Shown here in pieces: positions 56,201-63,567 of a DNA stretch of 64,000 bases. The stretch lies in IMG/VR virus record IMGVR_UViG_3300008954_000001. One strand, 5' to 3'. The notes below the pieces were generated by a model, which worked only from the letters and a program-made list of their open reading frames with translations, had not been told where the DNA came from and ran no database searches. Position 1 is the stretch's first letter; every line of letters starts with the position of its first letter. Origin of the DNA: a virus (taxonomy: Duplodnaviria; Caudoviricetes). The position numbers and the translations under genes are program-made.

Positions 56201-57825
56201 CGGTTTCGCATCCCGTCAGCCGCCGCCGCATCCCGTTTGGTGGCTTCCATGTGGAATTTAGCGAGCATCTTTTTCTGTTGGGTCGGACTCAAGTCCTTCA
56301 AGACCTTCACCAACTCTTTCTTATCCATTGTTCCTAAGGTCTTATCGCCCCCAGCAAGGCCAATGGACCCCATCGTTATGTCCCCAAATTTCTTATTCTT
56401 CGCCAAATCCTTAACGAAAGCGTCCGCTGTGTTTTCTGCGGATCTGGTAACAGTCGCTTTTGTTCGGCCTACTCCCGCCAGCTTGACACGCTTAAAGCGA
56501 GCCGTCATAGACTCATCTACGAAACCTTTAGATAGGGTACTAAGGAACTCCCCACCTGTTTTCTGACCAAGGATCTTCCCGATCCGCACCAACAAAGCGG
56601 AGGCTTCTTCGAGACGCACGTTGTACATGGACATGCCAGAAGTGGCTTGGATCACCATCGAAAAGAACCGCTTGGTTGAGAAACCAGATTCCATCGCAAA
56701 ACGGCCAATAGTGCTGAACTTTTCAGCTACGGTTTCCAAGGTGAGGCCCAACTCTTCAGATTGGGTAGCCATATTTTGAGCAACGGTGCTTGCGCTCTCA
56801 CCAATCATACGGCTGGTGTTGATAACCAACGACATCGCCTGCCCGTATCCAGTAAGAGCAGATTTGGCACTTGTCATATCATTGGTCATTTCACGAATGG
56901 TCGAACCATGTTCGTGAAGGGTTTTGATAACTTCAATGTTGTCTTTTGCAAGAGAACGTAACGAAAACTGCATGTTGATTGCAGCGTCTCGCATGGCATC
57001 GATGGAATCGGTCGCACTATCGAAGCCTTGTCCAAGCATATCCGCCCCACCAACGGTGGACAGCAAGGACTTGTTAAACTCCTTCATCTTCGAGTCGGCA
57101 GCCATAATCACAGCAACAATGCCCATGATCACGCCGACCACAGCCCCAATTGCGGCGGCTGCGGCCCCAAGACCCGCAACTACAGCCCCTAACATCCCGA
57201 CGACTGGACCCAGAAGGGCACCCACTTTGCCAAGCATTCCAGCGGCCTTACCCATCCCGGCCATGGCTTTACCACCGCCAGCCAGCTTCCCTAAAAAGCC
57301 ACCCTTTTTACCACCCTTGGCTTTCCCTTTGCCGCCAACCGCACCGGGGCCGCCCGATTTGCCCCCCATTTTATTGAGAAGGCCCAAATGCTTTTTGGCC
57401 ATGTTGTTGACTGCGGCCCAGGCTTTTTTGCGTTCCGTGAGAAGCATTTTCTCTTGCTTGAAAATATTGCGGATAGCAGACAGTCGGCTCTTGCCCTGCT
57501 TGTCATCTTGCTTCGCAGCCGAAGAACTCGACTTAGCTACCTCTGTAGCTACCTGTTGCTCAATCTTGATCCGCTTCGAGTGATAGTCGGCAAGCTGCCT
57601 GTCTAACTTTGAAGTATCTACCGTGAGTTCTTGTGTCAGGGCCTTCTTAAGGGTCTCCCCGATCTGTTTTGAGGCAACATCAGCATTTCGCCGCATGGCA
57701 TCAAAACTAACCGCCCCAAGACCTTTTTCGATCTCAGTTTGCAAAGCCTTGCTTGCTTGCTCAACGCTTTTTGCGTTGAGCATAAATGCAAGTTCAAGTT
57801 GTTCAACTTTGCCGCCGCCAGCCAT
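53278..57825 (-). CDS. Tail tape measure protein, 1515 aa
   Basis: Ala/Gly/Lys/Met-rich helical sequence with a hydrophobic segment (LLGPVVGMLGAVVAGLGAAAAAIGAVVGVIMGIVAVIM). C-terminal DEFIGMKPGG...GGGSVFVYV. Position after tube and chaperones. Confidence 0.9.
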   Translation of the reverse strand: MAGGGKVEQLELAFMLNAKSVEQASKALQTEIEKGLGAVSFDAMRRNADVASKQIGETLKKALTQELTVDTSKLDRQLADYHSKRIKIEQQVATEVAKSSSSAAKQDDKQGKSRLSAIRNIFKQEKMLLTERKKAWAAVNNMAKKHLGLLNKMGGKSGGPGAVGGKGKAKGGKKGGFLGKLAGGGKAMAGMGKAAGMLGKVGALLGPVVGMLGAVVAGLGAAAAAIGAVVGVIMGIVAVIMAADSKMKEFNKSLLSTVGGADMLGQGFDSATDSIDAMRDAAINMQFSLRSLAKDNIEVIKTLHEHGSTIREMTNDMTSAKSALTGYGQAMSLVINTSRMIGESASTVAQNMATQSEELGLTLETVAEKFSTIGRFAMESGFSTKRFFSMVIQATSGMSMYNVRLEEASALLVRIGKILGQKTGGEFLSTLSKGFVDESMTARFKRVKLAGVGRTKATVTRSAENTADAFVKDLAKNKKFGDITMGSIGLAGGDKTLGTMDKKELVKVLKDLSPTQQKKMLAKFHMEATKRDAAAADGMRNRLTVLANISEASKGGLTNMAKNLDQLDMGGKLNMLRDSMKGMFPGKEIHELSALQLAALESATGMQGEQLRQMRNLTQAFDGNYEVMKDMAKEVEKNGYTVEKDGVKRDMTAKEISASQRAQVKAYGAVVGMNGKMLAATLDSKGNVQITKDANGVERVVGSIEDYYQSQGARVEHQTQVANFSEDKELSREIADNTFSIADALNAGITMVLNQIFKVVQGILTSIVGDNSFKSTLEAQSRYSKVATKTNRDIQILSREIRKKEKAAAQEKDFNKAQTMKQEVEEMKDKRETMNIKYQGAKYAANNAFNADGTPNMNANLGTGASGFISRTQGSYASYGDGGLPRGMLKEAQANPEFMDMLKQAAPRRFARQEGWKTEAEQMGYTEEQIATSKAARVTTGRNIHNANLVTQSINADQDMTAFTIKDPDRAGGFSSPDNPMSGDAVHGSFHTQDVHGIDVPGHGAITNKQRQDAWKEDAPEVVTGRMLHDFKDPNRSRKEAGTTWTGASDAPSNISGVSITGEGSTYKHRGIGVSSENLRNTDTRRTLRIRGRDDEVTSHGQALSGGVAGTFRTHQPQAITSIGQTTTHLAPSDASYATFNSDAAGNATNRSAEDINAEMAEMAIWMQGLGLNLEKVTDSIAVTYSPGVTDGKLDRRGQSTTGYVTAEQSKKDKDGKTADARGSGYAQANLSNDMNTSFRGAEGGGDIIHMFKLLEKQVAAGYAGQKEDGDDYTTEDLKKDFVKATLEVGADKMSQKKFEDWMAANQRGPWDNIKKSKDEQEKVRKYARNAEKVRKEIKKLLAEGKTEEAEAKKSELSRNAATFLGLDPTGDAAKNLAKGEAGSLNTPDSPASMYKRLDNDDPRKALLLKDFKSLGVDMNTLQDFIYQGGSQGGVIRPINTKDEFIGMKPGGAVDQATGGVGGGGSVFVYVCQEMDLEKVKQAVYAGARMTGPGGSKKAWAGKGNFGHPMKKFKA

Positions 57826-57827
57826 GA

Positions 57828-59090
57828 TCAGTCGCCTCCACTATAACGAGGCAATCGAGAGGTTATTTTATCTTGAAGGTTGCGGTCATCTTTTTTGGGT
57901 TTCGGGATCTCTTTTCGAGCAACTAACTTGCCGTCCTCTTCAACTAAAGCTCCCGCATCCTTTTCCGAATCTACCCACTTATCAAAGGCGGCCTGCTTCC
58001 GAGATGTGGGATATGAAACCGTCCGTGCTCCAGGCCGATCAGCATCAAAGCCCCCTTCTTGCATCATTTGAGCTACTTGATCCCCTGTGTACCCAACCAA
58101 ACGGGTTCGAGGACGGGTGCCAAGATTCTCTTCTCGTTCTCGGATTTCCTGTTGGGCTTCGGCCATCGCTTGATCTCGTGCCGAACGCTCTTGGAGCATC
58201 CTTTCTTTGATCTGATCTTTGTATTCAGCAACCACCTTATCGTGAAAGTCCATATCCCCAGTGACCCAACGGCGCATTTCATCGGCCAACTCATCAGAGG
58301 TGTACGCCATGCTGACCTGATCTCCCACATAAGGGTCTACAACAGATCCGTCTTTCGTGATCAGTTTGCCGTCTTCATCCAAAACACCCGTTGCTTTGTA
58401 GTACCACTCGTCCGATTTCTTGGCCCGATCTTGAAGACGAAGCTCTTCCTTTTGCTTCTCTTGCTTATTCATCCTCTCAACAGCTTTTGGAGCATGGGGG
58501 GCAATCGTTTGTTTCGTCAGCGTCCAATTAAATTCATCCCGTATTCGCTGGTCCTCTGCGTAATTCCACGCTAACCAAACCTTTTGGGAAGCGTTCAAAC
58601 CCAACCCTTCAAGCCCCGTCATACCTGTTAAGGTATCTAAATTGGGCGGGCCACTTCCCAGACCTCTCCAAAGGTCACGAGAGCGATCCTCAAACAAAAA
58701 ATAAAGGATGTTTTCTTGCGCTTTCGACATCCGCCGAATCAATCCCAAAACACAATAAAAGAGAGCGTCGAAGGCCCCCCTCGGTAATGAGTTCAACACC
58801 TCTCGAAACATCAGCTCTTTGCCAGGGGTGTTGAAATAAGGGAAGCCATCAATCAACCAAACCAGCCGAGCAACCATCGCAATAGACCAATTTCGTTGGG
58901 CGACCGCATCCTTCTGCACAGAAAACGCATTTTCTAAAAGGAAGTAATCTGACGGAAAAGGGCTGCGGATATTAAAAGTGAGATCGCCTACGGTAATTCT
59001 TTCGGAAAGAAACCCCGGCGTAATCAACGATTCGGTGTCTTCTAATAGCTCTAAACGCTGCTCCTGTGTTGTGGGAGGGAGCCGAGCCAT
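57828..59090 (-). CDS. Tail assembly chaperone-like protein 2 (G-like domain plus T-like region), 420 aa
   Basis: Immediately upstream of the tape measure gene. N-terminal 130 aa alignable by eye with the upstream chaperone. Charged helical C-terminus. Confidence 0.6.
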   Translation of the reverse strand: MARLPPTTQEQRLELLEDTESLITPGFLSERITVGDLTFNIRSPFPSDYFLLENAFSVQKDAVAQRNWSIAMVARLVWLIDGFPYFNTPGKELMFREVLNSLPRGAFDALFYCVLGLIRRMSKAQENILYFLFEDRSRDLWRGLGSGPPNLDTLTGMTGLEGLGLNASQKVWLAWNYAEDQRIRDEFNWTLTKQTIAPHAPKAVERMNKQEKQKEELRLQDRAKKSDEWYYKATGVLDEDGKLITKDGSVVDPYVGDQVSMAYTSDELADEMRRWVTGDMDFHDKVVAEYKDQIKERMLQERSARDQAMAEAQQEIREREENLGTRPRTRLVGYTGDQVAQMMQEGGFDADRPGARTVSYPTSRKQAAFDKWVDSEKDAGALVEEDGKLVARKEIPKPKKDDRNLQDKITSRLPRYSGGD

Positions 59091-59093
59091 TGA

Positions 59094-60209
59094 TCACCGT
59101 TTCTTCGGTGGTGTAAACCTTGGGTTCGTCGAAGGCTCTGCTACCGAAGGCTCTGCTATCGAAGGCTCTGCTATCGAAGGCTCTGCTTCGGCAACTTCTT
59201 CGGCCACCGTTTTCGCTGCTACGTGAGGGGGGACTCGCCTTGACCGAAGCTCTTGGATGCGTCGAGTTTCTGCTGCCATTGCCGCTTCCATGGAATCCCC
59301 ATCGCTCTTATCCACCCAACCACCATCCGCCGCCGCACTGCTTACTGAACCCGTAGCTGAAACAATGGTTTCAGCTTCCGTAGGGGCTTCCTTCGAGGTT
59401 TGTGGTGATGGGGGTTCAGAGATCGGCGCTTGCTTTTCTACTGGTGTGGCCGAAGTGGGGATAGCTGAAACACGACCCCCATCGGTTGTTGGGGTCGCAT
59501 GGGAAACCGCATCGGTATCGGTTGCTGTATCGGTTGCTGTATCGGTTGCTGTGTCAGTTGCCGGGAGTGTTGCTGTACCCCACCGATTTGTTTGGGGTGT
59601 TAGTGAAGGGGTGGGGTCAGCTTCTTCACCAGTTATCGGAAGACCGTCTCCCGACAAGACCGCTGTTGTAGCTTTGGATACCTTCATGTCCTCCAAAGTT
59701 TGCAACCGCCCCAAGAGGCGTTGGATTTCCGTTTCAATATCTGGAGGATTAAACTCAACAGCCTTATCAGACTGTAGTTCACAGCGTTCCATTATCTCGT
59801 TGAACTTCCGAAAAACGGCTGTCAATAATGGGCGAGGCCATGTCTCCAACATTTGACGAACCGCCTCAGTTCGCTTGACCTTAACGGGCTGGCCGTTCGG
59901 GAGAGTTTCCCCGGTGGCTACGTAATCTTCATTACGAAGATCCAAACCATTGATCTCAACCAAAGAGTAAGAAAGACAACCCAACTTGAAACGGTTTAGA
60001 TACTCGACCGCCAAGGAATTGTCCTTTTCTTGATCCTCTTCGGGAGTAGCCAAGATTTTTGCTTGCGCCCACCTCTGAATTTCAAGCTCTTCCGCCGGAC
60101 AAAGCACACGCATTACAACAACAATACCATCAATTTCAAAGCGTTCTTCAACCTCACCAATCTGCTTGATTGGTTGAAGGGTAGCTTTAAGGGTGGCGAG
60201 ATCGAGCAT
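59094..60209 (-). CDS. Tail assembly chaperone-like protein 1 with low-complexity C-terminal half, 371 aa
   Basis: Between tube and tape measure. ERFEIDGIVVVMRVLCPAEE...LSYSLVEING...LETWPRPLLTAVFRKF is a chaperone-like pattern. RBS AAGGAG. Confidence 0.7.
   Translation of the reverse strand: MLDLATLKATLQPIKQIGEVEERFEIDGIVVVMRVLCPAEELEIQRWAQAKILATPEEDQEKDNSLAVEYLNRFKLGCLSYSLVEINGLDLRNEDYVATGETLPNGQPVKVKRTEAVRQMLETWPRPLLTAVFRKFNEIMERCELQSDKAVEFNPPDIETEIQRLLGRLQTLEDMKVSKATTAVLSGDGLPITGEEADPTPSLTPQTNRWGTATLPATDTATDTATDTATDTDAVSHATPTTDGGRVSAIPTSATPVEKQAPISEPPSPQTSKEAPTEAETIVSATGSVSSAAADGGWVDKSDGDSMEAAMAAETRRIQELRSRRVPPHVAAKTVAEEVAEAEPSIAEPSIAEPSVAEPSTNPRFTPPKKR
59131..59190. repeat. Tandem repeat, 4 x 15 bp (GAAGGCTCTGCTAYC; last copy degenerate), encoding AEPS[I/V]
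   Basis: Units at 59131, 59146, 59161 and 59176, read directly. Confidence 0.95.
59515..59562. repeat. Tandem repeat, 3 perfect plus 1 degenerate 12-bp units (GTATCGGTTGCT), encoding ATDT
   Basis: Units at 59515, 59527, 59539 and 59551, read directly. Confidence 0.95.
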
Positions 60210-60221
60210 TGGACGTCTCCT

Positions 60222-60226
60222 TATAG
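60222..60226 (-). promoter_or_regulatory. CTATA motif, candidate late-promoter core
   Basis: In the 60210-60279 spacer, just upstream of the RBS. Confidence 0.25.
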
Positions 60227-60279
60227 ATATACATCATTCAGATTCTACCCCTAATGCTTTGGTAGAACTATGGAGAGAC

Positions 60280-61191
60280 TTATCCGAGCGTGGAGATATC
60301 GCCTTCAAGACCCGTTGTGCCACCAGCGTCCACCATGCTTCCACCCCGAATCGGCGTAGAGCCAAACCGAACAGAACCAAGCTGACCGAGAGTTGGGTCA
60401 TTACCAGTAGCAAGAAACTCACCGTAGTAGCTGGAGAAATCATGGACATCAGAAACGATTACCGACCCTGTTTCCATGATCATGCCAGCATCCTTAGCGA
60501 AGGATGCGCTCCATGCCGTAAACCAACAGGCTTCGTACATGGTGATGATGGCCGAATGGCCTCGGTCATTAGTATTTCCAGCATTTGACGCTGGTGCCGC
60601 ACTGTCGGGGTTCGGGGTTTCGGTTGTTCCTGAAGCGGTCGTCCCTGAAGCGTATCCGCCCGCCGCCTTGCCGTCTTGGGTAACTTGTCCGTAGGCTGTT
60701 TGCTTGACACCGCCGTCAAAATCGCCCGATGCGCCACTCGCACCTGAGTTTGCTTCCGCCAGATCCCAATCCGCAAGCGTGGAGAACACAAGCTGCTGTT
60801 CAATGTCGAAGGGCCACCTGTGGTGTGCAAGAGATCGAACTGGACCGTCTACACCTGAAGCATAGCCAGTGGCTTGCCAAAGGTTGCAGAGATAAAGCAA
60901 CGCCCGCTCAAAGTCGCCTGTAGTAGGCTCCGTCACGGAAGGCACGAGTTCCGCCACCTGATCCCCGAAGCCGATACCACGAACAGGTTCAACCGTTCGA
61001 CTTTGACTTGGGTTAAAAGAGGACAAAACACCCATCTGATGTAGAGAAGTGTTTTCACCGTACACAGGAGTCAGAATACGCACTTTCTGCGAAACTGCCG
61101 TTCGAGTGTTTGGGGACGTACCGTAGTCATACAGGTACGAGGTGCCTTGTAGTCCTTTTTGTGGACTCTTATCTGTGTTCTTTGCGGTCAT
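60280..61191 (-). CDS. Tail tube protein (T4 gp19-like fold), 303 aa
   Basis: MGVLSSFNPSQSRTVEPVRGIGFGDQVAELVP...FERALLY, WPFDIEQQL and ITMYEACWFTAWSASF...IMETGSVIVSDV fit tube proteins. First gene before chaperones and tape measure. Confidence 0.8.
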   Translation of the reverse strand: MTAKNTDKSPQKGLQGTSYLYDYGTSPNTRTAVSQKVRILTPVYGENTSLHQMGVLSSFNPSQSRTVEPVRGIGFGDQVAELVPSVTEPTTGDFERALLYLCNLWQATGYASGVDGPVRSLAHHRWPFDIEQQLVFSTLADWDLAEANSGASGASGDFDGGVKQTAYGQVTQDGKAAGGYASGTTASGTTETPNPDSAAPASNAGNTNDRGHSAIITMYEACWFTAWSASFAKDAGMIMETGSVIVSDVHDFSSYYGEFLATGNDPTLGQLGSVRFGSTPIRGGSMVDAGGTTGLEGDISTLG

Positions 61192-61243
61192 TAGTCGATC
61201 TCCAATAGTCAGACGTTGCGGTGTCCATCTATGAAGGTTGGCC

Positions 61244-61248
61244 TATAG
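61244..61248 (-). promoter_or_regulatory. CTATA motif upstream of the first gene (tube), candidate late-promoter core
   Basis: GGTCTATAGGCC on the minus strand, about 50 nt upstream of the tube ATG. Confidence 0.35.
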
Positions 61249-61305
61249 ACCAGCTATCGACGCACAAAAATCCTCCTAATTAGATTACCGTTGAACGGGA
61301 AGATC

Positions 61306-61334
61306 AGCCCCCGCTTCAAGGGGGGGCTAATTTT
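61306..61334 (+). terminator. GC-rich hairpin AGCCCCC/GGGGGCT followed by AATTTT, terminator-like
   Basis: 7-bp stem with 9-nt loop in the divergent intergenic region. The T-tract is weak. Confidence 0.4.
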
Positions 61335-61392
61335 GTCCCTCACGGGTAGTCCAATCGAACCCCAAAGAAACCCCTCCAAGGGGGGGCTGATT
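61317..61392. repeat. Direct repeat CAAGGGGGGGCT[A/G]ATT, two copies 60 bp apart
   Basis: Copies at 61317-61332 and 61377-61392, one mismatch. Confidence 0.9.
61363..61388 (-). terminator. GC-rich hairpin followed by TTTCTTT on the minus strand, terminator-like
   Basis: Minus strand reads AGCCCCCCCTTGGAGGGGTTTCTTTGG: C-run/G-run stem followed by a T-rich tract. Confidence 0.4.
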
Positions 61393-61432
61393 GCGGGTCA
61401 AATCGGTACTACGAATAGGAGAGAGGACAACG

Positions 61433-63556
61433 ATGTTGCGTGTTTACAATAATAGGTATCCAGGGAAATGCGAGTTTTGCGGCGAAGCCGTGGGCGAGCA
61501 TCAAGGATACGCATATGGCAACCCCGGCGGTCGCTATAAGACGGTATGCAACTCGTCCGTGTGCATTGAAGATGCCCCCTCGGAAGTACGGGTAAAGGCT
61601 AATGAAAAGCCTCGCCGTGAGATTACCGTAGAGGGCGAGATTTACATGCCTTACGAGCCTGACGCTCTCCCCATTCTCCGTGGAATGCCCAAGGCGAAGT
61701 TTGACCGTGAGAAAAAGTGTTGGGTGGTCAGCACAGACCCCAAACACCGTGAACGCATCCTAAATTCGTGTGAGCGATTGAACCTCGATGTTCCCGAAGC
61801 CTTCAACAAGGTTGAAATGGACACTACCAGCCTTGGAGCCGTCAAACGAGCCATGATGGGCGGTGCCTACGGCTACCAGCAATTCGGAGTGCGGTTCCTC
61901 GCACAACATGACCGATGCCTGTTGGGAGACGACATGGGCCTCGGTAAGACCTTTCAAAGCCTCATGGCTATCGAAGGCAGGGCCATCGTCCTTTGCCCCG
62001 CCACCATCAAACTCAACTGGAAAAACGAAGTCGAGAAATGGCGACCTGACCTGACCCCCATCGTATGTAAGGGGCGTAATGGTTTTCAGCTTCCCGCTGA
62101 AAACGAAGTCGTCATCATTAACTACGACATTCTGCCCAAAGAATTTACCCCCACTGACAAATGGGGCGACGAACACAAGGTTCCTGAACTGTGGTTGAAG
62201 GTTCTCGCTAAGACCACCTTGATCGCTGACGAAGCGCACCTGTGCAAGTCGTACAAAACCATGCGATCCAAGCGCACGAAGGTTCTCTCCGCCGTTTGTG
62301 GCAAATCGTGGGCCATGACAGGAACCCCTTTGATGTCCAAAGGGTTTGACCTGTGGGGCGTTCTGTCCACCTTTGGGCTGTCGAGAGAAACCTTTGGTGG
62401 GTTCCGCACCTTCACCAACCTCATGGACACAAGCCGTGACCGATGGGGCGGATGGCACTTTGGCACTCCCGACCCTTCGGTTCCCGAACGGTTGCGCCGA
62501 GTCATGCTTCGTCGCACCAAGGCCGAAGTCCTTACCGATCTGCCCCCAAAGCAAACCCAAACCATCATTGTCAATCTCGGCTCCAAGCTGACCGCTACGG
62601 TCAACAAGGCTTGGGCGCAAATGCAGGAATATGATGCCCGTGAGCTTCCCTCGTTCACCGCTTTCAGCAAAGTCCGAGCAGCACTGGCTAAAGACCGTAT
62701 CCCTGCCCTCTTGGAGCTTGTGGAATCCTACGAGGATGCCAATGAGCCTGTGGTGGTCTACTCGGCCCACAGAGCACCCGTAGAGGCCCTTGGAGAGCGT
62801 GAGGGGTGGGCTACCATCCTCGGTGACACTTCACAGGCTAACCGCCAGAAGGCGGTCGATGCTTTCCAAGCTGGCGACCTCAAAGGGATCGCTTGCACCA
62901 TCAAGGCTGGTGGCACCGGGATCACCCTGACCCACGCCTCGAAAATGGTTTTCTGTGACCTCGAATGGAATCCAGCCCTCAATCTTCAGGCCGAAGACCG
63001 CATTTGCAGAATCGGCCAGACGGCTTCCAACCTCCAATATGTTCGATTGGTCAGCGATCACCCGATGGATTTGCATGTCCTCAACACCCTCGACAAGAAG
63101 GCCGCTTTGATCCAAGGAGCGGTGGAACAAGAGTGTGGTGGCTTGACCAGTACCGCAAAGACAGGAAACGGTGGGGTCAACATCGTTCAAGAAACCCGTG
63201 AGCAACGGGACGCTCGTATTGCCGCCGCCGCCCAAAAGGTCATTGTGCTCAAAGCACAGAAACGAGTCGGCCAAAACAAGAGCAAGTGGATGGCACGGGC
63301 CAACGGGTTTTCACAAACCGTAGTCAGCCCTACCATCATCAAGGACATCCTTGACGCTGTTCAATACATGCAATCCATCTGTGATGGCGCACACGCAAAG
63401 GACTTCCAAGGGTTCAATGCCCCTGATGCCGCCATTATGAACACCCTTACTGAATCTCAACTACTTGCTGGCGACCAAGACCTACTCAAGTTCTGCTGGT
63501 GGACCCTTCGCAAGTACCAAGGTCAATGTGAAAGCAGGTTCCCTGCGCTGTATTAG
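61433..63556 (+). CDS. SNF2-family DEAH helicase/ATPase (SMARCAL1/HARP-like architecture), about 707 aa
   Basis: Motifs LLGDDMGLGKT, CPATIKLNW, IADEAH, MTGTP, MLRRTK and AGGTGITLTHAS...WNPALNLQAEDRICRIGQ. ATG at 61433 has an AGGAGAGAGG RBS (ORF track starts at TTG 61391). Confidence 0.95.
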   Translation: MLRVYNNRYPGKCEFCGEAVGEHQGYAYGNPGGRYKTVCNSSVCIEDAPSEVRVKANEKPRREITVEGEIYMPYEPDALPILRGMPKAKFDREKKCWVVSTDPKHRERILNSCERLNLDVPEAFNKVEMDTTSLGAVKRAMMGGAYGYQQFGVRFLAQHDRCLLGDDMGLGKTFQSLMAIEGRAIVLCPATIKLNWKNEVEKWRPDLTPIVCKGRNGFQLPAENEVVIINYDILPKEFTPTDKWGDEHKVPELWLKVLAKTTLIADEAHLCKSYKTMRSKRTKVLSAVCGKSWAMTGTPLMSKGFDLWGVLSTFGLSRETFGGFRTFTNLMDTSRDRWGGWHFGTPDPSVPERLRRVMLRRTKAEVLTDLPPKQTQTIIVNLGSKLTATVNKAWAQMQEYDARELPSFTAFSKVRAALAKDRIPALLELVESYEDANEPVVVYSAHRAPVEALGEREGWATILGDTSQANRQKAVDAFQAGDLKGIACTIKAGGTGITLTHASKMVFCDLEWNPALNLQAEDRICRIGQTASNLQYVRLVSDHPMDLHVLNTLDKKAALIQGAVEQECGGLTSTAKTGNGGVNIVQETREQRDARIAAAAQKVIVLKAQKRVGQNKSKWMARANGFSQTVVSPTIIKDILDAVQYMQSICDGAHAKDFQGFNAPDAAIMNTLTESQLLAGDQDLLKFCWWTLRKYQGQCESRFPALY

Positions 63557-63567
63557 GAGGCCCCCCC

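Noticed and set aside
59094-59300. Programmed -1 frameshift between the chaperone genes
   Set aside because: No slippery heptamer seen near the end of the first gene, and the next gene is in the same frame, so a shift would not fuse them.
59131-59562. CRISPR-like array
   Set aside because: Repeats are 12 and 15 bp, head-to-tail with no spacers, and in frame within a gene.
1-61191. Calling the locus a chromosomal eCIS or type VI secretion system
   Set aside because: No Afp15-like AAA+ ATPase, sheath, TssJLM or ClpV genes here. A long tape measure and adjacent SNF2 helicase fit a phage better, though the question stays open without capsid genes.
61192-61432. tRNA or sigma70 promoter in the largest spacer
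   Set aside because: No cloverleaf or T-loop motif. TTGAAC at 61291 has no properly spaced -10 element.
61760-62770. 336-aa minus-strand ORF
   Set aside because: Lies wholly antisense to the well-supported SNF2 helicase; shadow ORF.
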